From the NCBI GenBank assembly GCA_043228905.1, contig JBHGNT010000018.1:16988001-17052000 (forward strand): a DNA stretch of 64,000 bases, given 5' to 3'. This DNA comes from Azolla caroliniana. Its lineage: Eukaryota; Plantae; Polypodiophyta. Positions 13,387-26,902 of this stretch are shown in pieces (the first letter of the stretch is position 1; each line of letters starts with the position of its first letter). Under the pieces are notes generated by a model, which was not told where the DNA came from, did not search any database, and saw only the letters and a list, made by a program, of their open reading frames with translations. The position numbers were made by a program, and so were the translations under genes.

Positions 13387-13670
13387 TAGTCGATGAACTA
13401 AAACTTTTTAATCATTAATCTTTTGCAATATATGTTATTGCATTCCCTACATGGAGGCTGTACATTATTGTTTTAAGAGCCCATATGGAATAAATATTCT
13501 CATGAGGGAAGGCACATTAAAATATTTTGTTAAGAAGAATATGTCTTTTTCAAACTAATATTTCTAAAGGAAGGTGAATGATGTGCTTGTTTTATTGCTC
13601 TTTTGTAACCTTGCTTTTTCTAAAGTGAGACTAAACTGGTGTCATATTATTTAGGGAAAAGTATTATTTA

Positions 13671-13908
13671 GGGAAAAGTACCAGGATACCCCTGGAAGTT
13701 CCAAATTTACCAAACTACCCCTATGTCCAAAAAATTACACTTTATAAAGTTTTCTTCCATCTTTGGTAAATAGGGCGTGTAGATTTGAGTGTATAATTAC
13801 TTTATGAAGTGTAATTTTTTGGACATAGGGGTAGTTTGGTAGATTTGGAACTTCCAGGGGCATTATGGTAAATAGACGAACTTCTAGGGGTATCTTGGTA
13901 CTTTTCCC
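13671..13908. mobile_element. Mutator-like MITE (foldback), 238 bp
   Basis: Long TIRs starting GGGAAAAGTACCA; 9-bp TSD TATTATTTA at 13662-13670 and 13909-13917. Confidence 0.85.
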
Positions 13909-15197
13909 TATTATTTACTTTACTTTTAATTGAATCAATACCAATCAATGTGCATTCATAATTTACAAATGTATAGGCAAAATACAGCCAATGCATCAAA
14001 TTGTGTTGTGTACGTAAAGTATTACTTTATGGCTTACTTATCCCATATGACCAACTTCACACCTACATATAGTACGACAATGTCTTATTTACTACATTAA
14101 ACTTATGGCTATCAAGAACTTCTTGATAGTTACCTATGGACAAAGTGGGCTCAAATGCAATGTCTTGATGTTCTGAGTTCAAGGGCTGACATTGTTTTGG
14201 AGCCCAATTAATCAAATAGAGATCTAGAATGGATCAAGCAAAATTAAACTAATAGACGATTTAGATCTTGAGGTAGAGAGGTTTGACATGTAAAGAACAC
14301 TTCAAGTCGTGTCCAATGTGAGGAAGGGTTGTGTTTACCTCATCAGGAATTGCGGGATTTAGCCTCAAGGTGAAACTCAATTAACATTTCATAAAAATAT
14401 TGTAAATTTGATTTGATAATAATCACATATATGACCACCTTAATTCTTTACAGCTATTAATTTGATATGAAGAGCCATTTAAATTATTTGTCAAATAATG
14501 AAAAATAAAAAACAATCAATAATTGATATAAAACAACATCTCAGCCATATATGACCATTCCATACGCATATTAAATACCAATATGTCTAGGTAGGCAACA
14601 AGTATATTCTAGGGAGCCAAAATCATTGTATACACATGGAGAATGCCAAGGCATTAAGGAAAACCAATACTTTTTCAATATAACATTTTTTTAATAGGAA
14701 ATGAAACAATCAAATGGTTAAAAGCTACCACATTGGAATCAAATGAAAAGAACACAATCTTTATTCATTGCCACCTTAACATGATCTTTGTGTGATGAAC
14801 ATATGTGAATACACAAGCACTCATCATCATTACCAAGGTGCACCTAGCAATTTGGATGACAAATGGTTATACATTGCCCATCTTCATTCACATAATAGAA
14901 AATTTATGTGATCATTCTTTGCTTCAAACATGGAAGCTAAGCTTTGGAACAACTTATGTTCAACATCCTTCAACATCCTCATATTCACATGGCGTGCATG
15001 TGGTTTGGACCTAGCCCTCATATGTTCGCTTTGTATGATAATGAAGGTATGTAGAAACTTGTTTGTCAACTTAGCATGTTTGAGAGGTTATAACTTTAGC
15101 AAATAGTGAAGAGAAAGAGAATGAATGTGAGTACCACTTGGCTTACAACTTCATTATTCCCACCTGTGTAACATGGAGATTTTGCTTTGTGACTCTA

Positions 15198-15545
15198 TAA
15201 CCCTAAAAGGGATGAACCTGTGGTATATTAGTCTTCCATTCTCAAGGGCTAGAAACACCATTTCAAGTATGACAATCCCACTTATAATCATTATTCATTA
15301 TTCTTCAAAAATTTAACTTTAAAGGAATGGACTCGCAATATATTATTAGTCTTCCCTGCTCAAGGGCAAGAACCACCATCTCAAGTATGATAATCCTACT
15401 TACAATCATTATTCGTTATTCTTCAAAAGCCTAACCTTAAAAAGGAAGGAACTAGTGGTATATTAATGATCCCTTCTAAAGGGCAAGAATCACCATCTCA
15501 AGTACAACAATCTCACTTGCAATCATTATTCACTATTCTTAAGAG
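15198..15545. repeat. Degenerate tandem repeat, ~117-bp unit x3
   Basis: The block caagggc..accat(c/t)tcaagta..aatc..actt.caatcattattc.ttattctt recurs at about 15243, 15361 and 15478. Confidence 0.8.
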
Positions 15546-15994
15546 CCGCATATAATATTTCACTGGAATCAACAAGTTTATGATTCAGATTGTATTGATG
15601 GACAGAATTGGGCCTTACACTTTCAACAATACGCATCAGGTGCCTTGGTTTGCAGCCACAGAGATTTTGGTATATTACGTCAATAATGTGCTTGCATAGT
15701 TCCAGCAATAAGCCCAGATCATGAACCAACTATCTCCGATGCATTTGAGGTTTTAAATTACTGAGTAATCAATATATCAAAATTTGAGAACGTGAAGGAG
15801 CCAAAATTTTCAACCTCCCATCTTGAAATTGAATTTTGAATGCATCTCTGCTGTAGAGGCTTCAGTTGCATCCAAAAATAATTATACATTGGAATGATTC
15901 ATCCCAGATAAAGTTGCATATAGAATCTAATACAAAAAATACAGAATACTATCCATAGATCCTCAGCATAAAAACTGAAGACCATAAAAGCATT

Positions 15995-18900
15995 TCAGTC
16001 ATAGCTGGCATTCAAAAATTTGAGAAGCTCATTCCGATTGTTTTCAGCAAGCTTGTCCTCTTTTGTCTTTTCGACTTTCATGAGGATCTACAAAATCATG
16101 TAAGGTAACTTCAATTAAAACCCTTGATTTTTCCCCAAGAATGAACATTGGACAGAGTCAAGAATCACAACATAACAATATTTCCTGTTCATGAATCGAT
16201 TTTGGCAGCTAGCCATAAATAAAGCTGTGTCATGAAAAAGGCATCTTTTTAAGCATTCTAGAATGTTCTGATTGATATTTATATGGCCTTAAACTACATA
16301 AACATAGCTTTTCCTTGGATGCTGTAAATGGATACTCAACATACACACTTACATGGCATGACCTTTAAAGTACATTCTCAACAACCAACACCAATGATAC
16401 AGATACAATCAGGGTGTATTAGGTATGCTAGAATGTTCTGTTTAATGTTTATATGGTCTAAACTGCACTAGTTTAGACATCGCTTCGTTAGATGCTATAA
16501 TAAAAACATTTTGATGGCATTCACAGAAAATAACACCGATGATGGAAATGCAAAATCAGGGTGTATCAAAGTATTTCCAAGGTATAACCTTTACACCACA
16601 TCCACAACAAGTAGCATTGATGATCACATGTATAATCATACTTACAGATGCAAGTGGGCCTGATGATAGTTAATATAAACTAATGCTTAAAACAAGCTGC
16701 GATGTCAGAAAAAATGAGCACAATCATTTACAAAAAGCTGAATTAAATACCTTTTTTCCAGAAACAACACTCCGCCGCATGACATTATCGTTTCCTTCTT
16801 TACCAGAAATTATGCTCTGCTTCACACAATTATCATTTCCCTCTCCTAAAAACTGCATCATAAAAAATTCTTCGATATTTTCATTTCAAGATATCTATTT
16901 TTTTTATTAGAAAGGCAGGGGAAAACTCAAAACACACTTCCTTATTCCTAAAATGCCCTTCCCCATAATTGCTCAAATAGGACACATTATTAAGAAAAGG
17001 GAGATTATATAATTGCCCAAATAGAACATATAATGGAGAAAAATGGTATCATATAATTGCTCATATAGCACATACTGTTGCTCAAAAGGGTTTTTTTCAG
17101 AACATGTGGGGAAATAAGATAACATTTCAGGTTTTCTGGTGTATTTTACTATAAACAACTGCACTTACTTTCGACAGCTGTACAGGCCCAGGGTTTTCGT
17201 TCTTCTGCTCAGTCATAAAGCTCGGCATTGCAGGGAAGGTGACAAGTCATCACATTTAATGTAACCATCAGCATCCCACCAAGACAATAAAAGAACGAAG
17301 ATACCAGGCCGCAAACCCCAGCTCCAATTTCAAAGGGCCCATCCAAAAAACAGGCAGCAGACGAAAGTCAATACCAACAATGAAAGTAAAATGCAGAAAA
17401 ATAGAGACATCAGAGGACATTTCTGGATTTAAATAACGAAGCAAAGTTGACCAATAACCATTTATTAAACATTCGCTGCAAGAGCTGTACTTAAACAACT
17501 GGCAAATCCAATGGTTATGAAGCTCGTCTATTAAAATATCAAAAGTGATATTGACTCTTTGTGAAGCAGATTATGAAAACAGATACCCTTGAAACAATTT
17601 TAATAAGATTGAATCACTATAGCATCTATGTCAGAAATTTATGTGGGAAATTAATCATATCAATGAAAGATCCAAAGAGATCGTTCTTACCTCCTGCTGC
17701 TTGTGTTTATCATGTTTGTGTTTGGACTCCTTTTTGTGTTTGTTTTTGGAGTCCTTATCTTTACTCTTTCCTTTGGTCTGTTGCCATGAAATATGTCTGT
17801 GGATAATAATTCAAATAAAAGAAAGAGAACACATTGTAATTAGCATTTTTACCTTTTTTGATCCATCTTTTCTTCTTCTCTTTCTGTTACTATGCTCAGA
17901 ATCATATGAATCACTGTCACTGCTAGAGTATTCATCTAACCTGCAAAATAAGTAGAAGTATAGTGAAATATTAGGCTCAGGCATGTACACTTATTCCAAT
18001 GGCTTCCAAATCTGCAGTATGGCATTCATATACTCTATCTTTCAAAAAATGTAAACCATTATCCAAGCAAAAAGTGTTATGTGAATCAATATCTATACAG
18101 ATGAAATTATGAAGCCTGAAAACTAGGTTAGATGTCTAATGAAGTTTTAGCCTCAGGCATGTCCACATGGTCATAAGGCCTTCAGATCACCAATATATAC
18201 CATTCAGACATTGTATTTCTCCATACGAAAGACACTATCAGAGCTGAAGGTATATATGAATGGTTAATGTGTTCCCATGTCTAGTTTACAGAGTAATATG
18301 AATCATTATAAACCGCTATTTATACTATTGCAAATTTTTGCTCAGGCATGTTCCCTATGCTTTCAGATCTGCATGGTATGACTTCCAAATATTGTGATCG
18401 CAGAAAAGAAAATCAATATCAGAGCTAGAAGTATATTGCATCACGTCACCAGAACAGCACATCTAGCAGATTCCAGATGCCTGTCTGCTTTACAGATTCA
18501 TGTGAATGGTTGAACCATTCAATGACTAATAGACTGATCATCTTACCAGAAAGTATATAAAGGTATAGCTTTTGTAGTTAATATATTTGCAACATGGGCC
18601 TTTCAGATAATGTCTTTAAAATGAAATCCACTATCTAAGTTAAAAGTATCCTTATAGCTTTCAAACGTTGTATCTTTCAATGTAAGAATATTCTGATGGC
18701 TTCCCAGTATTCTATCTTTTCAAAATAAAAGCAATTACCTGATGTAAAATTATCATCTAATGTATTCATGATGCCTACTTTACGGAATAGGAAAGCAATA
18801 CAGATTCCAATCTAAAAACTGGAATTTTGACCTCAAGCATAATCATACTATTTACCACCATGAGGGGCCTTATATTCTGAGATAAATAATTACCTACATA

Positions 18901-19638
18901 TTTCAGATCTGTTTAAGAGATGGATTTCCGATATGTTATCTATGAGCAGGAAAGCTATTACACTTTAAACTCAAAGTTTCCCTATATCGTTCATATTTGC
19001 AGCATATACATAGCTTTAAGGTATGGTTATCTATCAATACTATATACCAAGCAGAAGCCTTTCCCATTGGTTTCAGATCTGCAATAATATATATATATAT
19101 TCCTTTCACATACTGTATCCATCATGATAAACACAAAAGCACATGATATTACGAGCTGAAAGATTTTTCTATGGATTTTTTATCGGAGACATATAATATG
19201 GTTTCCATATTGTATCTTTCCACGGGAAAGTGGCTTATCTAAGCTTTCTTTTTCCGGATGAAGGACATTAACCCAGACATAGGCAGTATATAAAGTTTTA
19301 CTGACGCCTAGTTTAAAGAAAATGAGAGACACGCAGGTACCTACCTAAACAATTCTATAAAAAAGAAATTACAGATTCATATGTAAGGGCACAAATAATC
19401 ATTCATATATAGGAAACCTGTGTTTTCTTTTCCCATGGCTTCTTTTTCTGCGATCGTGGAGGCTCTGATCAGAGCTGCTAGAAGACGAGTCCGATGCGAT
19501 AGCAGAGGAAGAGGATTGGTGCTTTGGATTAGCGTGGGACCCCTTCTTTCTCCTGCTGCTACTGCGAAGGCTATGGCGCCGGCGGCCGTGGTGGTGGTGA
19601 TGAGAGGAGAGATCAGACGAAGACGAAGCAGCAGCCAT
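15995..19638 (-). CDS. Uncharacterised 196-aa Ser/Lys/Arg/His-rich (probably nuclear) protein; exons 19638-19418, 17940-17853, 17777-17691, 17204-17169, 16816-16751, 16087-15995
   Basis: Six exons with GT-AG borders join in frame (591 nt). A low-complexity N-terminus precedes a non-repetitive C-terminus, GPVQLSK..RRSVVSGKKILMKVEKTKEDKLAENNRNELLKFLNASYD, which resembles a plant protein family I recall but cannot name. Confidence 0.8.
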
Positions 19639-19660
19639 GAATGGCTTCGCGGAGTGATGA

Positions 19661-19696
<36 letters not shown>

Positions 19697-19760
19697 CTGA
19701 TTTGGTTGAGCTTTTTTGCTTTTTTGGAGAGCAGTCAAAAAAGCAAAAGATTTATCTTGT

Positions 19761-19799
<39 letters not shown>

Positions 19800-20978
19800 C
19801 TATCTATCGGCTCTAGGATTACTCATGGGTGATTTTAACATGTGTGTTGATGCATCTCAATCTGCGTCTGAACACTCAATCATGGATAAACTTGAGCAAG
19901 TTGTTTGGGTTTCATTGGCTATAGAGGTTCTAAAGTTGGATGTTTGAACGTGCTTGCATGCATGGGAATGATCCATGTTTTAGCTTCTAGTCTGCTCAAT
20001 ATAGACAAACATGGAGTTGGTTGTTGCACGATGATTCTTTTCTGTCGGCATCATTTCGTATGATAGTTCTACAAGATGTAGGAACTTTATATCACTTTCG
20101 TATTTGTTTCGAGGTTTGTCGTCATGCAATTGGCATGTATAAATCCTTACTTGGAAAGCCTCCATTATGCTTTAACTCTTCTCTTTTGCTTCAACCTCAC
20201 TTTGATTCTCTTGTGGAGCAAATTTTGGTAAATTTTTCACAACAAGTGAATCTTAAAGGAGTTAAAGCATGGGATATCACTTTACGAAGCATTAAGATCA
20301 TTCACCGTATGTATAGAGTAACTAATGCTCAACGAAGAAGAGGTCTTCTTCGACAATTCTCACAAGTTCTTTCCATCTTTAATGCATTATTGATACATAC
20401 ACCATTAAATGAGGAGCTTTTGGATATCTAGAGTCAATTGCATGTTATTATTTCTCAATTGCAATACCAAGGTTATCGTTATGCTAAGATGTGACAACTT
20501 AGGAATGGGCTTATAGATAATCAACATCAATCGCATTTGTTTTTCCAAGTGTTACATCCTACTTACGCTCGATTCAATATGGTACATGTGAAGCAAGGGG
20601 ATGAATTTATAGTGGATCTTGCTACAATAATTGATAATATATGTGTTCATTACTTTAAGGAGTTGATTGGACCACAATTATTAATGACAAATGAGGTGAG
20701 TAGAGCACACCATGAGTTTTATGATGTGGTTGGATGTATTGTGCACGACCTCATTAGTCATGAATTGGATACATATTTCACTAAGGATGAGGTGGACACG
20801 GTTTTAAGGCATCTTCCTAGTGGTAGGAGCCCTGGTTGGGATAGCTTGACAAATGACATTTTAAAGCGATATTCGAACCTTTTAAAGGGGCCCTTAACTT
20901 TGATGTTTCAACATTCTTGGGATTTTCATTATATGCCTCAAGCTTAGAAGGTTTGTCTAATTAAATTAGTTCCAAAGT
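19800..20978 (+). mobile_element. Degenerate LINE (non-LTR retrotransposon) ORF2 fragment
   Basis: APE-type GDFN motif near 19828. Pre-RT segment FTKDEVDTVLRHLPSGRSPGWDSL..ILK..IKLVPK. Multiple stops; begins directly after a (GA)n tract. Confidence 0.75.
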
Positions 20979-21492
20979 GTTAAGAGTCTATTACTAATCA
21001 ATAGACCAAAATAAAGTAGAAAGAAGGAAAATAGATTGGATAGAAGAATTTGTCCTACTCGATCACCCCTGAACTATGATCTAGACATAGCCAAGCTACC
21101 ACCAATGTCCCATACTGCCGGATATTATGATGACTAATACCTTGGAAGAGATTAACACGATCGTAACGAAAGCCTAACCCGCACCGCCGGTGTCTAAGAC
21201 AACAACCTTCCAACATAATGTCCTTATGATGGTAGCTAACCCTCATATTTATACCTCTTCCTCGACCCCTTGAATAGATGTGCCTTTCTAAAAGACTCTC
21301 TCCATTCATTGGTTGTCCAGATCATGATAGTGCATGCACCTATCATTCATTCTATCCAATCACATTGGTCTCTTTTTAACATTAGTGAACATACCCTTCA
21401 CTTATGTAAATATTACTGAACTACCCTCACCTACGTTATGTGTACATAACACGAAGGTGGCATCTCCCGAGTCATTTCATCAATACGTTATG

Positions 21493-22283
21493 TGTATTCA
21501 CCTCCATTGTTGTACCAGAGTGTCTTCACTCGATGTCCTGATCGGTTCTCCACTTCGGCTAACCACCGAGAGAAGACCTCGAGCGCTTCGTCTTTCGACC
21601 TAATCAAGTAGACCCAGACCTTCCGTGTACAGTCATCTACGAATGTGATGAAGTACTAAGAACCTCTTAGTTACCTTTCGGGCATCGACCCACATATGTC
21701 TGTGTGGACCAAATCTAGGGGCTGATGTACCATCTCATATTTGAGAGAGTGAACTTTGAGTCTGTTTCCCGTAACAACAATGCTCGTAGAAGTCCATCTT
21801 GGACTAGAGCTTTAGGATGTATCTAATCAAGTCCGGCTTGTGACATATGGCCAAGTCGACCATGCCATAGGTTCGAATATGACGATTCAGCTATGTTCAT
21901 TGTGCCCTCTGGATTGATCTCCATTAGCGGACACAGGGTTATTGTACTTGCATCCATACCCAATTTTCATGTTTCCTCAACTAATCATCCATAACGACTC
22001 ATTGAGAGTCATTCGGTACCTGGCTTCGACTAACATGCCAATGGAGACCAGACTCCTCTTCAGCTCGGGTATGTGCTGGACTCGGTGTAGGGTAATGGCA
22101 TTGCAATTAGGATTTTGGATGGGAACCTCGCCGATCCTTGCGATTACGCACTCCTGCCTGTTGCCTTGTTGGAATGTGCTGATGGCTCTGGCCAAATAGT
22201 CTAAAATCCATTCGATGTTAGGGGTCACATAAAATGTGGCGCCAGAGTCCAACAACCATGTTCGTGCGTCTTGCGCACTATAT
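21493..22283 (-). mobile_element. Copia element Z, protease/GAG-pre-integrase/integrase part (continuation of 34376-35662)
   Basis: Motifs WLLDSGATF, WHGRLGHMS, LDLVHTDICG and YFITFVDDCTRKVWVY; truncated within the integrase core. Confidence 0.85.
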
Positions 22284-22703
22284 TGTCATGAATTCGTGAA
22301 CATTATGTGGCTTCACTTGGGCTTGAACCCAAGACCTTGTAATACATAATCAAGAACCTAACCATTAAGATAACATATGATTATATAAAATAATAAAACC
22401 TACTTCTTGTAATTGACTGCCATGGCTTGCTCGGAGTCGGCAATGGTTGTAACAACCCATAAGGATGATGCCTAGGAATTTTAGCTTGACAACATGTGTC
22501 ACATGTGCGAACATAATCTTCAACGAATTGTTGTAAATGAGGCCACCAAAATGATCGCTTCACTAGCTCCATGGTCTTGGCAATACCAAAGTGTCCGGCC
22601 ATACGGGCATCATGACAGTGCTCCAACACTCGAAGGTGTGGTGATCCATCAGGGACATAAAGTAGATTCTTGTAGAAAAGTAAGTTATCTTGCCACTTGA
22701 ACT
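22284..22703. mobile_element. Chromovirus Y fragments: first ~130 bp of its LTR (+) fused to inverted integrase zinc-finger segment (-)
   Basis: 22284-22413 matches the LTR at 35663-36090 in reverse. 22703->22409 encodes FKWQDNLLFYKNLLYVPDG..HCHD..GHFG..CDTC..KPWQSI. Confidence 0.85.
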
Positions 22704-22710
22704 ACCTAGA

Positions 22711-23087
22711 TAGAATCTAGTTAGAAGTGTTGACTATAACAACTTAAATAGGACCTTGTACTTAAGTAGGATATTCTAGATCCTCCACTCCCAAGGTGAT
22801 TTAATATAGGACATACACTTTTGTACCTATATTATCCTCACACATGTGCACGCTTGCACATGAGATCTATATATACCTCATTGATGGTATTTTTGGATTT
22901 GATGATGATGTTTTATAATATACACTCTAGTTTACTCATCCCCCATCTTGTGTTGTTCATAAGTGTATCTCTCCTCTCTCTCTTCCTCTCACACACATAC
23001 ACACACATATCACATAATCTTCCGCACTTAACTTAATCACATAATTAGGTATTAATTAACTCTTAATTACTTACCTAATTCTTAACA
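22711..23087. mobile_element. Partial LTR of family X (remainder at 38563-38613)
   Basis: Reverse complement of the first ~370 bp of the solo LTR at 31175-31612. Confidence 0.85.
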
Positions 23088-26000
23088 CATACCATAAATG
23101 TCAGATTCCTAATGTCCTTGAAGTTTATACATATCATTTAAGTAATTGTCAATGTTCTTTCCCTCACTATGTATTGGGACCCAATGATTTACTACGTGCA
23201 CACGGATATGTCAATGGATCTCTCGTACAAATTTTATTTGATTTGGGAAGCTCACACAATTCATTCATTAGGAATTTCTATTGATACTTATGTAGAGGAA
23301 GTATACTTCCATGTAATGAATCTTTGTACCATTGATGTAATATTGGGTTATTCCTGGTTTTATAATAAAAACTCTTCTTTGTCTATTGATTGGGTTCGTC
23401 ATTCCATTTCCTTTGTACTAAACGATTGTACTCATTTTATTCAATGTGTAAATAAACAATCCCTTTCGATTGTTTCCTCTCCATCAATATCTGAGTTGTC
23501 TTGTTCTTCTTTATTTTATTGTGTACTTGATCCGAACATTTACGTTTATAATATTGATAACGTCTTGGGTCAATTGATATATTTTGAACAACAACAACTC
23601 GATAAAATCTTAAATGATTTTCATGATGTTTTTCCGAGTGAACTACCACATGGGTTACCCCCTAAACGTAATATAGACCATCGTATAGATATTGTATCTG
23701 GCATTGCACCAATAAGTATACCTCCTTATCGCTTAAGTCGATCCGAAGAGGATGAGGTATCTAAGCAACTCAAGGACTATTTACGAATGGGTTATATACG
23801 TTATAATAAATCTCTATGGAGTGCACCTGTTCTCTTGGTAAAAAAGAAAAAGGGCACATGGAGTATGTGTATTAATTACCGACGCTTGAATAAAGTGACG
23901 ATCAAGAATTCATATCCATTGCCCCGGGCTGACGATCTAATTGACCGTCTCCAGGTAGTTCGGTATTTTACGAAACTTGATCTCCGTACGGGCTACCATC
24001 AAATTCGTATAACTGAGGACGATGTTCCTAAAATGGCATTTCATACGTGCAATGACCATTATGAGTTTTTGGTTATGCCTTTTGGTTTGACAAATGCTCC
24101 GACCACATTTCAACAAGAAATGAATGACATTCTCCCAGAACAACTTGGAAAATTTGTCGTTATTTTCTTGGATGATATTCTAGTTTATAGTCGTACATTA
24201 GAAGAACATGCTAAACATGTCTACTTTGTTTTACAAACATTGCGCGACAAGCAATTCTACATGAAGATCTCAAAATGCGAGTTCTTCAAGAAATCAATTA
24301 CTTATCTTGGACATCTCATAACCGAAAGAGTTGAAATTGATCCTTCTCACATCGAGAAAATCAAACTTTGCCCCACTCTTCGGAATATTCGAGAAGTTCG
24401 ATCATTCGTTGGTTTTGTCGGGTTTTTGCAGAAATCCCTTCCTAATTACACTTAGTTGACGACGCCGTTTACTAATCTTCTAAAAGGTCAAACGTGTAAG
24501 TCTACAAAACCTATTGTGTGGAATGCTACAATAGACCTCGCCTTTAAGGAACTCCAGGACCTAGTGTGCAAGGCTCCTTTGCTTCTTTTACCCGATCCTT
24601 CAAAACCTTTTGAAGTTGAAACCGATGCAAGCGACTATGCTATGGTGTTGTCTTATATCAAGATGGTAAACCAATAGCATTCGAGAGTAGGAGACTTGAT
24701 TCTGTTCAATGTCGGTATACGGTTCAAAAAAAGGAATTATTTACAATTATACATGCGCTCAAAACATGGGGCCATTATCTTTATGGAAATCGTTCTGTGG
24801 TAACTATGGACCATGAGTCCTTGAAATATATTGTGACCAACAAGACCTGAAAGGTCGTAAGGCATGATGGGTTGATCTCATACACGACTTTGATTTTTCC
24901 ATACGATATCGTAAAGGTTCCATGAACATTGTCATTGATGCACTAAGTCACATCCATGAAGTTAACATGCTTAGCTTCACTGAAATAACATCATATCTTT
25001 ATTATCTCCTTCAAGGAAAGTATCCTGATGAAAATTATTTTACTGGCCAAGAGTTGAGTCTGGAACATACACCACCACATCCTCAAAGGAATCCTTCCAC
25101 ATTGCTAACAGTCTGCTCTACCGTAATGGGAAGGTTTGTGTTCCAGATTTTCCTGAGATCAAAAAGAGAATTCTTTTTTAATGCCATGATGCACCCTCTA
25201 TGGGGCACCCTGGAATACATCGTACACTCGTTCTCATCTCCACTCAATTCTATTGGCCTAAGATGCGTCATGACATACATAGCTATGTGACCAATGTTAG
25301 GTTAACAAAACCGAGCGACTTAAAGCCGTAGGACTTTTACATCCCTTGGACATTCCCAATAATAAGTGGGAAAGTATATCCATGGATTTTATTGTTAGCC
25401 TTCCTCGCACCCAAAAAGGCCATGATGCCATCTAGGTTGTGGTGGATAGACTAACTAAAATGGCTAGATTTATTGCTACCAAAACCACGGTAACAACTCC
25501 TGAATTGGCTTACCAATTCGTTGATGAATTATTTTGTTTTTAGCGGTTACCGATGGATATCGTGAGTTATCGAGATCCAAAGTTTACTAGTGACTCCTGG
25601 ATGCAAGTCTTTAAGAAGTTAGAAACTACGTTGAGCATCAGCTCCACGAATCATCCTCAATCCGATGGACAAATAGAACGAGTAAATCAAATTATTGAGG
25701 ACATGCTTTGAGCATACGTTGGTGCAAAACCAACAAAATGGGAACGTTATCTCCCAATTTTGGAGTTTTCTTATAACAACTCCAAGCATACGTCGACGAG
25801 ATATAGTCCTTTTATGTTGATGTATGGTTTTCAGCCACGAGCCCTGATTGATGTTAATATGCATCATGATGAGTTGCAAAGTACGCAAAACTTTCTTTGG
25901 GATATGCAAGATATGTTGCATATTGCACGAGATAATATAAAAATAGCTCAAGATAGAGCGCATTTTTACGCCGATCATCATAGGCAACCTCGTGTATTCA

Positions 26001-26902
26001 ACCCTAGACAGAAGGTATTTTTACGTGTACCTCACAATTCTAAGACATTGTCTATGGGTAAGTGCGTTAAGTTAGCCCCACGGTTTTGTGGACCTTTTCA
26101 AATCCTCAAACGCATTGGTTCATTAGCCTTTCATCTCACTCTTCCCGATGGCGTTGAAATTCATCTAGTCTTTCATGTAAGTCGTCTAAAAGAACTTCTA
26201 GGTTTTGGCGACAATATAGTCACAACTGAAACTCTGGTTACTTCTGAAGAATTATCTTCTATACCACATGTACCATAAAGAATTCTAGATGTTAAAACAA
26301 AAAATCTGTGTACTAAAATAATACGAGAATTTAAAATTAAATGGATGGATAAATCTATCAAAGATGCCACATGGGAACGCGAAAATACTCTTAGAACTAG
26401 CTTCCCTAACTTTCCATTGCAAGAGTGCAATGTTTTAAAGAGGGGGAGTATGTTATGGGCATGATCATATAATATCACGTGGTGAGAATTTACCGTAGTA
26501 TTCTATACATGTGGATAAGTGTGAGGGTTAAATGAGAGTGTAAAGAAGGGGAGGATTACTTTTAATCCTCAGGATTGAGACAACCCATTAGGCCAAGTGT
26601 GAACTTGCCTGGGGGCCTTGGGTATCGCTATAAATATGAGGCCTAGCTACCCTCATTTGATCATATCTTGACTACATCGAGACTCTGTTTCGTGGTGGGT
26701 CAACTCTTGTAGCAAGCGCACCAGCACAAGGTACGACTCGACGCCACGGCGGTGGTATGGGACGCCGATCGAGGCTCGAGTCCGTCTCGATCCCTTCTCT
26801 CAGGGGTGGTCGGGTGGATCGGCACCCTTCTTTCTCTCTCTCCTTTCTATCTATCTATCTTTTATCCTTATCATATGCTTACTTTAGATCATAACTCTAA
26901 CA
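23088..26902 (+). mobile_element. Gypsy chromovirus A, pol (PR-RT-RH-INT-chromodomain), PPT and 3' LTR (26451-26902); degenerate
   Basis: Motifs LFDLGSSHN (PR), [39 protein letters not shown] and KW..DATWE. PPT AAAGAGGGGGAGTA precedes a TG..CA LTR. Confidence 0.92.

Noticed and set aside
19377-19664. Alternative frame/start (MGKENTG) for the six-exon gene
   Set aside because: It leaves phase 1 at the 19418 donor, incompatible with the next exon; the ATG at 19638 frame splices cleanly.
23088-23092. TSD for LTR X inside Gypsy A
   Set aside because: The flanks (CATAC vs CAGAT) match only partly; X is linked across the breakpoint by LTR continuity, not by TSD.
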